Below, one piece after another: positions 27,320 to 37,481 of a DNA stretch of 64,000 nt. The first letter of the stretch is position 1, and every line of letters begins with the position of its first letter. The stretch is from the IMG/VR virus record IMGVR_UViG_3300023184_000026, positions 1-64,000 of that record. One strand, 5' to 3'. The notes beneath the pieces were generated by a model. That model was not told the DNA's origin and did no database searches. It saw only the letters and a list, made by a program, of their open reading frames with translations. Both the position numbers and the translations under genes were made by a program.

Positions 27320-30300
27320 ATGGCCGATGATCCAAAAAATTCGCGTTTGAGTATTGACACTGAATCAACAAGGGTTCTCGCCGATCTTCTTAAAAAGGCT
27401 GCGGAACACACCAAAGCTTTAGATGAACGATTTGAAAATATTAAAGAAACGCTGAAAGAAGAAACTCAATATCTCAGTGAAAATTATGATTTATCCAGAA
27501 AAATGGCGGGTGAATTGGGGAAACAAGAAAGAGCACACGAAAGTTTAAGAGATCTGGTAAAAGATACAAACAAGCAACTTGCAGACCAACCCAAAAAAAT
27601 ACAAGCCGCAACAACCGCTCAAACAGATGCCACGGATAATTTACAAAGAGCAACAACAGAACAACAGGCAAAACAAACCGCCGTTACTGAGTCATCTAAT
27701 CAGCTTTCAAGAAGCAGAGATGAACTTAAAATCGCAAAAGCTCATGGTTTGGATGCGGATATAATAAAAGCATTAAAAGACGAACTCAAAGAAAAACAGA
27801 AAGCACATGGTCTTGCTCAAAAAGAGTATAAATTGTCAACAGATTTGGTAAAAACTGCAAATGAAAATCTTGTTATTGCCAACACAAATTTAGCAACAGA
27901 ACAAGCCACCCTAGGGAAGTTGGGAGAACAATCAAGAATTTATACGGAACAGCTTTCTATTATCGGCGCATCAAAGGCAGCATTGTCAGATCAAGTACGA
28001 GTCCTCAATTCAATAGATAGACTGCTTGGTTCAAGTGGAGAAGAATACGGAAAAATAAAATCATTGGTAATGGATGTTGCCAAAGGTGGATTGACTGCAT
28101 GGCTGGCATTATTGCAAGCTTCATTAGAACGCTGGAAAGAATTGGATAAAGCAGCTGGAGAATTTAGAATCAAAACCGGATTTTTAGTTTCTCAAACAAG
28201 AGAGTTGAATAATTCTGCAAGAGAAGTAAATGTTGAAATGGCTCAGATTGGAGTTGGATTGGATGAAGCATATGGAGCAGCATCTGCATTAACCAATCAA
28301 TTTCAAGTAATTGGTATAGTAACCAAAGACATGATAAAAGATACTGCTCAAATGGCAGCAAATTTAGGAATATCGGTTGAAGATTCTGCCAAGATAAGAA
28401 GCATTTTTACTTCAATATCAAAATCGTCTGGAATTACTGCCACTCAAATGATGGGTGCAGCCGCACGACTTGCTGAAATGGGAGGAGTTGCTCCTGCTAT
28501 GGTAATGAAGGATATTGCAGAAGCATCCGAAGATTCTTTAAAATTCTTATCAAAAAGTCCTTTAGCTTTGATGAAAGCTGCGGTTGAAGCCAGAAGACTT
28601 GGAACAACCATCAATTCTTTATCAAAGTCATCCAGAGGATTTTTAAATTTCCAAGATTCAATAACATCTGAATTAACAGCATCAGCCATGGTTGGAAAAT
28701 CTCTAAACTTCCAAGCTGCCAGAAGAGCTGCATTTGAAAAAGACATTGTAAAATCAAGACAACTTGCATTGAAAGAAATTTCAAAACTTGGAGATTTTAA
28801 TAAGTTGGATATTCTACAACAAGAAGAAGTTGCAAAGGCAGCTCATATGACAGTTGACGAAATTATTCAACAGCAAAATCAGACAAAAATATTAGCTGCA
28901 TTAGAAAAAGAACGCCCAGAAATGTTTAAAGAATATATGGCGATGCAGAAAAAACTAAGAGAGGATGAAAAGGCTGGAACAAATGATCTTGTAAAGCAAG
29001 GAGAAGAACTTGTAAAGAGACAGATGCGTCAGACCGAATTAAACAAACTCACAAATTCTTTCAAACAAATTTGGACCGATATATCAGACGCATTGCTTCC
29101 AATTGCAAATATTATAATGCCTATTATAATAACGGCGGTTAGATTACTTATAATACCAATAAAAATTATAGCTGGATTGGTAAGAGGATTTTTGAGTGCG
29201 TTTGATGGAATAGGAAAATCACTCAGATCAGGTGAGTCCGGAGCAATGTCATTGGAAAAAGTGATGGTAAAAATAGGATCTGCAACTGAAACGGTTTCAA
29301 TTTGGATGGAAAAGATTGGTGAAACCGTTGCAAGATTGATCAATTTATTTGCTATATTTAAAATATCAATTGGAAAGGCAGCTGATGCGTTCAAGCCATT
29401 TAACGCTATCGAAAGATTTTTTAGAGGAATTTCTCTTGGATTTTTAAACATGTCAAGCGGCACAAAGACTTTTGCACAGTCATTTTCTCATTTTGCAAGA
29501 GAAGGAACAATTTTAGGAAATATTTTTAAGAACATATCGTCGTTTATTACGAAGTCAAAAATGAATATGTCTGCGTGGTTTGGGGAAGCCAGCAAAATTG
29601 GTGGCGTGTTTAAGGGCATAAAGACCCTTATGTCTGCGTGGTTTGGGGAAGCCAGCAAAATTGGTGGCGTGTTTAAGGGCATAAAGACCCTTATGTCTGC
29701 GTGGTTTGGGGAAGCCAGCAAAATTGGTGGCGTGTTTAAGGGCATAAAGACCCTTATGTCTGCGTGGTTTGGGGAAGCCAGCAAAATTGGTGGCATGCTT
29801 AAGGGCATAAAAGATATGGCGGGTAAAGTTGGTGCTTCTATCGCAAGATGGTTTTCTGGCAGAACATTTTTTTCCCGAATAAAAAATATATTTTCTACAA
29901 TAAAAAATTTATTTGGCGGAGGAAGTGCGTCAATGTTTAAACCATTGCTTAGTATATTTAGCGGTGTGGGTGGAGTGTTTGGACCAATATTTAAAGGACT
30001 GAGTACACTTTTTAAATTTGCAGGAGTGTTTGCTAAATTCCTTGGACCAATTGGACTAATAATAAACGCCGTTCAAGTATTATGGGAACTTGGATCGCAA
30101 TTGATGGACATATGGTCCGACGACAATCTTAATATAGGTCAAAAGATTTTAAAATCAATTCTTGCAATTCCTGGTGCAATCTTTGATGTATTGATTTCTC
30201 CATTTATTGATATTGGAGTATGGGTTTTAAGAAAATTCGGATTTGATATTCCCAATGAAATGGTCGTTGGTATAAAATCCGTTTCAAAAAAAATATTTCA

Positions 30301-30916
30301 AGCCATCACAATGCCTTTTGCTTGGGCACTCGATTTGCTATATGACACATTTTTGGGAAAGTCTCCTTCGCAGATAGGACTTGGTATAGTTGACGGACTT
30401 ACATCTGTTGGTTCAATGATATTTGATGCGCTATCAAGTCCGTTCAAGAAAGTTATGAATTTTGTGTCTGGAATATTTGGAAAAAACGTTGGCATAGCGC
30501 GTATGATTGTGAATGCAATAAAATCAATGGGTGGAACAATTTTCAACACGCTTTCTTCAGCATTCAAAAAAGTTATGGAATTTGTAAGTAGCATTCCATT
30601 AATTGGTAGATTTTTTGGAGGAAAAGACGCATCAAAAGCTGCTATTGAAGCAAAATCAATAGTAGAAAGTAAGATCAATCATATGGTTGAAATCGTAAAT
30701 ATGGATGAACTCAAGATGAGTATAGATAAATTAACAGATGCAATATCCTCACTTGGCGGCGCAGCCGGTGGTGCAACACCTGTAGTTAATGTTAATAATA
30801 ATTCTGATGCGATGATATCAAAGCTTGATGAGCTAATAGACCTACTGACGGGTGGCGCAGTTGCTGTACACATGGATGGAACGTTGGTGTCAAAGGCGCT
30901 TGCAAGGGTATCATAA
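27320..30916 (+). CDS. Tape measure protein
   Basis: 1198-aa helical, Ala/Gly/Leu-rich protein with aromatic-spaced C-terminal repeats, between chaperone and baseplate genes. Confidence 0.85.
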   Translation: MADDPKNSRLSIDTESTRVLADLLKKAAEHTKALDERFENIKETLKEETQYLSENYDLSRKMAGELGKQERAHESLRDLVKDTNKQLADQPKKIQAATTAQTDATDNLQRATTEQQAKQTAVTESSNQLSRSRDELKIAKAHGLDADIIKALKDELKEKQKAHGLAQKEYKLSTDLVKTANENLVIANTNLATEQATLGKLGEQSRIYTEQLSIIGASKAALSDQVRVLNSIDRLLGSSGEEYGKIKSLVMDVAKGGLTAWLALLQASLERWKELDKAAGEFRIKTGFLVSQTRELNNSAREVNVEMAQIGVGLDEAYGAASALTNQFQVIGIVTKDMIKDTAQMAANLGISVEDSAKIRSIFTSISKSSGITATQMMGAAARLAEMGGVAPAMVMKDIAEASEDSLKFLSKSPLALMKAAVEARRLGTTINSLSKSSRGFLNFQDSITSELTASAMVGKSLNFQAARRAAFEKDIVKSRQLALKEISKLGDFNKLDILQQEEVAKAAHMTVDEIIQQQNQTKILAALEKERPEMFKEYMAMQKKLREDEKAGTNDLVKQGEELVKRQMRQTELNKLTNSFKQIWTDISDALLPIANIIMPIIITAVRLLIIPIKIIAGLVRGFLSAFDGIGKSLRSGESGAMSLEKVMVKIGSATETVSIWMEKIGETVARLINLFAIFKISIGKAADAFKPFNAIERFFRGISLGFLNMSSGTKTFAQSFSHFAREGTILGNIFKNISSFITKSKMNMSAWFGEASKIGGVFKGIKTLMSAWFGEASKIGGVFKGIKTLMSAWFGEASKIGGVFKGIKTLMSAWFGEASKIGGMLKGIKDMAGKVGASIARWFSGRTFFSRIKNIFSTIKNLFGGGSASMFKPLLSIFSGVGGVFGPIFKGLSTLFKFAGVFAKFLGPIGLIINAVQVLWELGSQLMDIWSDDNLNIGQKILKSILAIPGAIFDVLISPFIDIGVWVLRKFGFDIPNEMVVGIKSVSKKIFQAITMPFAWALDLLYDTFLGKSPSQIGLGIVDGLTSVGSMIFDALSSPFKKVMNFVSGIFGKNVGIARMIVNAIKSMGGTIFNTLSSAFKKVMEFVSSIPLIGRFFGGKDASKAAIEAKSIVESKINHMVEIVNMDELKMSIDKLTDAISSLGGAAGGATPVVNVNNNSDAMISKLDELIDLLTGGAVAVHMDGTLVSKALARVS
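29567..29811 (+). repeat. 63-nt tandem repeat in the tape measure (MSAWFGEASKIGGVFKGIKTL)
   Basis: Copies start at 29567, 29630, 29693 and 29756. The first three are identical; the fourth is partial with two substitutions. Confidence 0.95.
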
Positions 30917-30928
30917 TATTTATAAAAT

Positions 30929-32938
30929 ATGTCACTCAACACCGCATTAAAGTCTATTGGAAAATTTATACTTAATGTATTAACAAATCCATCGGATGGT
31001 ATTTATCCAATAAAAAGATTAACCAATGATGATAGAACAAAAATATATTATGCAAAAGAAGATAGAATATTTAATCCAGATTATTTAACCAAGAATGATC
31101 TTCCGTCAGATTTGACTGCTCGCATTGGTCTGGATAAAAATATGATGGCTCCCAGTTTCAATTATAAGACGGCCAAACTAAGTTCTAAGGAATACATTGG
31201 ATTACAATTGGACAATGGTAAAATTCAAGGAACTGCAACTGGTCCATTTGCAAACTTTGTTTTGCTTAAAGGAGACGCCAAGTATGGTTCATTGAGATAC
31301 AAAACTGCGATGGATGGATATGTTAATTTCTCGAGAATATGGTCAGATCCAAGTTTTAATAATTATGGTACCTCCGGAACAGGTACGATCGAATGGGAAT
31401 ATAGACCGGAGTATTCTAATGGAAGTGAACGCCGGTCAAAATATTATGGAGCATATCATTTTTTTAGAGATGATAGAAACAAAAACCTCGAAGCATATGG
31501 CACAGCCAACCGTTCCAATTTATTCTATAATGACACTGCCACATTTGCAGGAAATATACCATCTACGTTGATACCGGTGTCTGCGTTCCATAAATACTAC
31601 CCAAACAGTATAGACCCAAACAAAAAAGATTCATATTACGCATCACCTGATGCAATTAAAAATCAAACTATTGGCGCTTACATTCAATTCTCCACGTCCC
31701 AGACCAATACGATACAGTCGCGAATCGTGGGAGTAGATGCAAATTCCGGAACAACAATAATGTCGTCGGTTTTCGTCCTCCCCGCCAGCGAAACAAATAT
31801 AATAAGTATTTATAAAAGAATGTTTAGAAACCCAAAACCGGGCAATGAAACAGCCGGTAGTACTGGTCAATTTAGAGCATCTGCTGAAAGATATACTACA
31901 AATCTAGACATAGGAGTTAACGAATACAACAATTATGCTGCAATATATCCAGAAAATAGCAAAGCAGATGTTGTTGAAAAATCTACTGTGTTGTCTGGTC
32001 CATTCTTGGATTATCTCAAAGAAAATGGAGGAGTTGTAGATGAGATCAAGATAGATAATCGCAGCTTTGCAAAAGCAAACACGGATATAAACGAAATAGG
32101 TGAGCAAGATGAATACAATTCACTTTTGCCAACAAAAAATAAACGAGATATGTATTTAAATGATAGCGATCAATCCAAAGATCTCATATTTTTTTATTTT
32201 TACGATTTGGTCAACGAGATATATATACCTTTCAGAGCAACAATTTCTAGTATAACAGACAACAATACAGCGGATTGGGAAACGGTAAAATATATGGGCA
32301 GAGCAGATAATCTTTATATATACAAAGGATTTTCTCGCGATGCAACTTTCACTTTCAAAGTATATGCCAATAGCATAAGAGAACTTGTTCCTATGTGGAA
32401 AAGAATAAATTATCTTGTGGGACTGACCCGACCAAGCGGTTATACAGGCAAAGCCACAGTAACCAACAAAACTCTTGAAAATATTAGAACAGCGGAAAAT
32501 GCAACACAGGCTTTATTGGACAGCTCTGGAACTGACGAGCAGAGACAAGCTTTGTCGGAAGTACTAACAAATTTGAATAACGCGATTGCAACAACTGGGG
32601 CAGAAAGTCAATTTATAGTTCCACCTATGATACGTTTTAGAATTGGAGATTTATATGATGACCAGCCAGCCATATTAAGAAACGTGGCCATATCAATACC
32701 AGATGATGCTACTTGGGAAACATTAAGAGATGATACTTATAAATATTTTTTTGGTAAAACTAAAGAACTTACAATCGACGCAACTTCCAAGCAACTTCCC
32801 AATATTATAGACGTGACTGTGCAACTTGCATTGATTGAAAGAAAACAGTCAATTACCAACGAAAATCATTTTGGTCCAAAGGAACGCGAAAATGACTGGG
32901 AAATGAAGATGGGAAGCGGAGATTTTGTAGCCAGTTGA
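30929..32938 (+). CDS. Baseplate / tail-tube initiator-like protein
   Basis: IPFRATISSITD..TADW....YMGRADN.YIYKGFSR...FTFKVYA motif; position after the tape measure. Confidence 0.6.
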   Translation: MSLNTALKSIGKFILNVLTNPSDGIYPIKRLTNDDRTKIYYAKEDRIFNPDYLTKNDLPSDLTARIGLDKNMMAPSFNYKTAKLSSKEYIGLQLDNGKIQGTATGPFANFVLLKGDAKYGSLRYKTAMDGYVNFSRIWSDPSFNNYGTSGTGTIEWEYRPEYSNGSERRSKYYGAYHFFRDDRNKNLEAYGTANRSNLFYNDTATFAGNIPSTLIPVSAFHKYYPNSIDPNKKDSYYASPDAIKNQTIGAYIQFSTSQTNTIQSRIVGVDANSGTTIMSSVFVLPASETNIISIYKRMFRNPKPGNETAGSTGQFRASAERYTTNLDIGVNEYNNYAAIYPENSKADVVEKSTVLSGPFLDYLKENGGVVDEIKIDNRSFAKANTDINEIGEQDEYNSLLPTKNKRDMYLNDSDQSKDLIFFYFYDLVNEIYIPFRATISSITDNNTADWETVKYMGRADNLYIYKGFSRDATFTFKVYANSIRELVPMWKRINYLVGLTRPSGYTGKATVTNKTLENIRTAENATQALLDSSGTDEQRQALSEVLTNLNNAIATTGAESQFIVPPMIRFRIGDLYDDQPAILRNVAISIPDDATWETLRDDTYKYFFGKTKELTIDATSKQLPNIIDVTVQLALIERKQSITNENHFGPKERENDWEMKMGSGDFVAS

Positions 32939-32953
32939 ACATAAAAAAGCAAA

Positions 32954-33253
32954 ATGAATAGATATACACAAAATAATAATATATCCAAAAGATACGATGG
33001 TAAACGCGTATACAAAACCACTCGATATCCAAAAATTCCAATAGGATTTGATGACATATATATAATAGCAAGTGATACAGATTATCTTGACAGTCTTGCA
33101 TATAAGTTTTATAAAGACAGTACGCTATGGTGGGTAATTGCTCAAGCCAATGGCATAAAGGCAACATTAAAAGCACCCACAGGCCAGCAAGTAAGAATAC
33201 CGCAGAACATAAATTTAATTGTAAATAATTTTAATAGAGAAAATAGCATATAA
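32954..33253 (+). CDS. LysM-domain baseplate protein
   Basis: DYLDSLAYKFYKDSTLWWVIAQAN......G.QVRIP. Confidence 0.85.
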   Translation: MNRYTQNNNISKRYDGKRVYKTTRYPKIPIGFDDIYIIASDTDYLDSLAYKFYKDSTLWWVIAQANGIKATLKAPTGQQVRIPQNINLIVNNFNRENSI

Positions 33254-33258
33254 TAGTT

Positions 33259-35622
33259 ATGAGCGACATTATTTCCGTAGTACCGTGGGGATTACATCCA
33301 TTACCAACTTGGGTATATGAAGAAATGCAACGCAGAGGACAAGAGTATGATATCAACATACTTGCAGACGAAGGTCCATATAGCGGACCAAGAACCGCGT
33401 GGGTGCGATTTTTTTCAAACGGAAAATCAAAATTGGAAGGTGCAAGTGAACTTGACGGATTTGTTTTGGGCGGAGTATACGACTTTGAGGAAAGTTTTGG
33501 ATTTACACCTGATAAAAAAAATACTATAGGAGTAGATGCGCGGGGTTTACCACATAAAATAAAAACCGACACGTCTGTGTCAGAAGGTAGAGATAAAAAA
33601 TTCATAAACAGATCCGATTTTTCACACCGCCCACCGCCAAGCGTGGATTCGGTCACTTGCGAGATGGCGGGATCAAACGCAGGTTTTCCAAACGCATGCA
33701 GAAAAGTAACGATTAATTGGAAGTGTCATTCGCTTGCTCAATTGAACTATCTCACACCATACTTCCTCACACCCAGAATAACATGCTTGGTTGAATGGGG
33801 GTGGAGCAATTACGATACAAATTCGCTAGTTGATCTAACAGATTTGGATTGGATAAATAAGATGTTCACCGATCCGTCATATACATTGGAATATTTAAAA
33901 TCATCAAATGGAAACTATGATGCTGGTATAGGATTTGTAGTTGATTATACAATAAAAATGAATGAAGCCGGTGGATATGATTGTTCAACGACCATAATAA
34001 ATGCAAGCCGACTTGTTGAAGGTGAACAACTCAATAATAAAACCGTGACAATCAAGGATGGAAATAACCAACTACCAATAAAAAATTTTAAGGAATTTGT
34101 TAGTCGAGATTTAAAAAATATTGATTCGGATAAACCAAAAATGGTAAACATGCGAAACAATTTAAACATCGGCGAAAAAGCATATGATGATGAAGGATAC
34201 CAAACAGATTATAGAGACAACATAAAAGAAACTATTTTTAGAATAAAAAATGACGATAGTTCATCCAACAAACCGGGAATGTGGCTAAGAATGGATTTGG
34301 TGGCAAACATTATTAATTCTTTTTTTGAAGTCACAATGTCCGACCCATGCAATGGAAAAATACGAAACTTTGACATATCCGAAACAAAAATAGCAGCAAG
34401 TCCGTTCATAAAATCCGTCGGAAAGAATATTCTTGTTCCCAATCAATACGCCCCAAGATTTATATTTAAAGATACCGCAGCAAAGACTGCAACAGTCGAA
34501 GATGCGACATATACCAATCTTTTCAAGCAAAGATCCGAAAGAATAACAGAGGAATATAAACTAGATTCAATAAAATTTGATGATTTAAAGTCAGTTATAA
34601 ATCCATATGGAAAATCTTTTCCAGTATATGAAGATGTTGATGTATATACTGATATATATGAAGATGTAGAGCCCGAATTTTCACAGGCATTAAAGTCTGG
34701 ATATTGGGGATATTTAAAAGATATATTTATAAAGTCGGACCATTTTGTATCATTGGTAGAAAAAAATGATTCGTTATTAAAATTAATTGAACAACTTTTG
34801 CAGGACATCAACGAAGCATTGTGTCAAATATGTCAGCTGAAACTTATTCCGGCTGAATATGGAAATGAAAAATATTCTGTATATGATGAAAATTTACCAG
34901 CAATATCAACTGTTAGTGACGCCGCCAGACTTCCAAGAATTTCATTGGGATCTGTAAATAACAATTCAATAAAATCTATTTCATTTGATGTTAAAGTAAG
35001 TTCTGAGATGATGAGCCAATTGGTAATGCAAAGCGCAAATCCTGGCAATGATAGAGATGGATCAACTCAGACAAAAAACGTTAAGGCCGATCCCATAGAA
35101 AGTAGATATTCCGACGGTGATCGGTTGTATGAAAAAGGAAATTTGTCAAGTGCAGTCGCATCAGATATAACACCCGGCAAGCAACAACAGCTGAATGCAC
35201 AGCAACTTCAAGAACTTGCTCAACAGCAAAAAGAAGAAGCAGCTGCGCTTAAGAAAAAGCAATTGGAAAGGTCCGAAGAGAAATTCAAAGATTGTATTTA
35301 TTACAAAAAAGATTCCTCTGGCAAACTCCAAAAATATTATATATGCGAGCCAGAAAAGCAATTCATGAATTATGTATTATCTATACCCGACACAAAAGCT
35401 GTGTATCAGAACAACGCAATAATGCCAAACACAACTTTGACTTTGGAACTTCTTGGAATATCCGGAATGAATTTTTTATCACAATTTACTATAGACCATG
35501 CACCAGAAACATATTGTTATTCCAATGCGGTGTGGCAGGTATCAGACACTAAACAATCTATAGAAGACAAGAATTGGACAACAACTATAGTGGCGCAAGT
35601 GAGACCACTCACAGTGTTATGA
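33259..35622 (+). CDS. Baseplate hub/tail protein (putative)
   Basis: 787 aa; position in the baseplate block; C-terminal LELLGISG..FL..F.ID..PE.Y. Confidence 0.5.
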   Translation: MSDIISVVPWGLHPLPTWVYEEMQRRGQEYDINILADEGPYSGPRTAWVRFFSNGKSKLEGASELDGFVLGGVYDFEESFGFTPDKKNTIGVDARGLPHKIKTDTSVSEGRDKKFINRSDFSHRPPPSVDSVTCEMAGSNAGFPNACRKVTINWKCHSLAQLNYLTPYFLTPRITCLVEWGWSNYDTNSLVDLTDLDWINKMFTDPSYTLEYLKSSNGNYDAGIGFVVDYTIKMNEAGGYDCSTTIINASRLVEGEQLNNKTVTIKDGNNQLPIKNFKEFVSRDLKNIDSDKPKMVNMRNNLNIGEKAYDDEGYQTDYRDNIKETIFRIKNDDSSSNKPGMWLRMDLVANIINSFFEVTMSDPCNGKIRNFDISETKIAASPFIKSVGKNILVPNQYAPRFIFKDTAAKTATVEDATYTNLFKQRSERITEEYKLDSIKFDDLKSVINPYGKSFPVYEDVDVYTDIYEDVEPEFSQALKSGYWGYLKDIFIKSDHFVSLVEKNDSLLKLIEQLLQDINEALCQICQLKLIPAEYGNEKYSVYDENLPAISTVSDAARLPRISLGSVNNNSIKSISFDVKVSSEMMSQLVMQSANPGNDRDGSTQTKNVKADPIESRYSDGDRLYEKGNLSSAVASDITPGKQQQLNAQQLQELAQQQKEEAAALKKKQLERSEEKFKDCIYYKKDSSGKLQKYYICEPEKQFMNYVLSIPDTKAVYQNNAIMPNTTLTLELLGISGMNFLSQFTIDHAPETYCYSNAVWQVSDTKQSIEDKNWTTTIVAQVRPLTVL

Positions 35623-36008
35623 TATACAACGATACATTGAAAAATTCATATGGAGAATTTGATGGAGTTGGCACATTGACAATAATGGCAAGATATAAAC
35701 CAGCACCAACTAGCAAAGATTATGAGAATGGATATATTGTTAGATATTTTGCCAAAAAGATAAATGAAAATTTGGTTATTGAAATAAAAAATACTACTGC
35801 ATCTCAAAACACAAGTCCGTTGTATAAAATTACAAGTATCAAATGGAAAATCTCAGGCCAGAAACATGATGTATTTTTAAACGGTATTATGAACAATGCC
35901 GGTGTGATGGATCAAAATAGATCCGAAATTGACAGAGTGATGCGAGAAGATGAAGTTGATCTATCTCGCACTTTGAACAACCTTTTGGAGTATTGGCAGG
36001 GTCGTTGA
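35619..36008 (+). CDS. Hypothetical protein
   Basis: ATG at 35619 overlaps the previous stop (ATGA). YKP.PT.KDY..GYI.RYF.KK motif. Confidence 0.6.
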   Translation: MIYNDTLKNSYGEFDGVGTLTIMARYKPAPTSKDYENGYIVRYFAKKINENLVIEIKNTTASQNTSPLYKITSIKWKISGQKHDVFLNGIMNNAGVMDQNRSEIDRVMREDEVDLSRTLNNLLEYWQGR

Positions 36009-36050
36009 TATCTGTTTGACAAACGCACAAATTTCATTCAACGTGAATAT

Positions 36051-37418
36051 GTGCAAATTGTAGAAACAGATTTTGACTTGGACTTGTTGATGTCTCATAT
36101 CACATCAGATATTATGGTGATAGATGCAGTGTATATGGACGCAGAAAAGCATATTGCAAATAATGAAGTTAGTGTTTTGTTCTTTTACTTTTTGGTATCA
36201 AAATCATATTGGTGCGTGCCAATAAAACACAATGAAGGTACAACTCCACCAGAATCTTTGTATAAAATCAAAGAAGCATTGAAAATCAGTATTCGCAACA
36301 AGTTTGTTATAGACAAAAAGAATATGGTGCAATTGATGGGTGAAGATTATGATTTTGTGGATGTTAATTTAATAAAGTATTTGAGCGAAGGTAAAATTGA
36401 TAACGCCGACTATAATACCAATGCTCACAAGTTTGTTGAAAATAATTTTAGAAATGTACCAGATGTAAACATGTGTGTGCCATTATTAAAGCATGCTCGC
36501 TCGTTCATGGAAAAAATAAAAGGTATTAATGAACTAGACACAAGTATTATACAAGAAGATGGATTCAAGTTTGTAAATAATACCACCACAAACTGCTTTG
36601 CAGAACTTGAAGCCAATGGCATATGTGTGAATGAAGATTTTACTGAAGAATTTGGCAATGAACAAACCAAGCATGTTAAAAACGGGCTTGTATATACACA
36701 GTATAACTTGTTGACTTCAACGGGCAGACCAAGCAACAGATTTGCAAGTGTAAATTATGCTGCTTTAAATAAAAGTGATGATAGCAGAACATGTTTTGTG
36801 AGCAGACATGGCAATGATGGTATGCTTGTTATGATGGATTATAATGCTTTTCATCCTCGTCTTATTGCTCATTTGGTCAACTTTCATATGGAAAAGAATG
36901 AAAATCCATATGCTTATCTATCCAAGTATTATTTTAACAAGAAAGATGCTAATGAAGAAGATATTGCAGTAGCCAAAGCATACACCTTTCCACAGATTTA
37001 TGGAGGGTTTGATAAGAAATGGCTGCACATACCATACTTTGCCAAGATTCAAGAATATATTGACCATAGATGGAAGTTCTATAATGAGAATGGATATATT
37101 GAAACTCCCAAATATAAAAGAAAAATCAAGACTTGTCATATTCCACAAGCCAATCCAAGCAAATTGTTTAATTATATATTACAAGCATTTGAAACCGAGA
37201 TGGCAGTAGATGTTTTAGGTGATCTATTAGAATACCTAAAAAACAAGAAAAGTAAGACTGTGCTATATACATATGACAGTATATTGTTTGATATGCACAA
37301 AGATGATAAGATGGATACTATAAAAAGATTAAAAAGCATCATGGAACGCGACAAGTTTCCGGTCAAAGTATATATTGGTAAAAATTACAAAGATATGAAG
37401 CATATTGATCTTGCTTGA
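36051..37418 (+). CDS. Short family-A DNA polymerase-like protein
   Basis: TSTGRPSN; motif A MMDYNAFHPRL; motif B AKAYTFPQIYG; motif C YTYDSILFD. GTG start. Confidence 0.8.
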   Translation: MQIVETDFDLDLLMSHITSDIMVIDAVYMDAEKHIANNEVSVLFFYFLVSKSYWCVPIKHNEGTTPPESLYKIKEALKISIRNKFVIDKKNMVQLMGEDYDFVDVNLIKYLSEGKIDNADYNTNAHKFVENNFRNVPDVNMCVPLLKHARSFMEKIKGINELDTSIIQEDGFKFVNNTTTNCFAELEANGICVNEDFTEEFGNEQTKHVKNGLVYTQYNLLTSTGRPSNRFASVNYAALNKSDDSRTCFVSRHGNDGMLVMMDYNAFHPRLIAHLVNFHMEKNENPYAYLSKYYFNKKDANEEDIAVAKAYTFPQIYGGFDKKWLHIPYFAKIQEYIDHRWKFYNENGYIETPKYKRKIKTCHIPQANPSKLFNYILQAFETEMAVDVLGDLLEYLKNKKSKTVLYTYDSILFDMHKDDKMDTIKRLKSIMERDKFPVKVYIGKNYKDMKHIDLA

Positions 37419-37481
37419 TATTTATAATATAGTTGTATATATCATAGACGGTTTTGTGGTATATATGAATATTTATATACC

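Noticed and set aside
29567-29811. CRISPR array
   Set aside because: The 63-nt units are contiguous with no spacers, stay in frame within the tape measure, and no cas genes are present.
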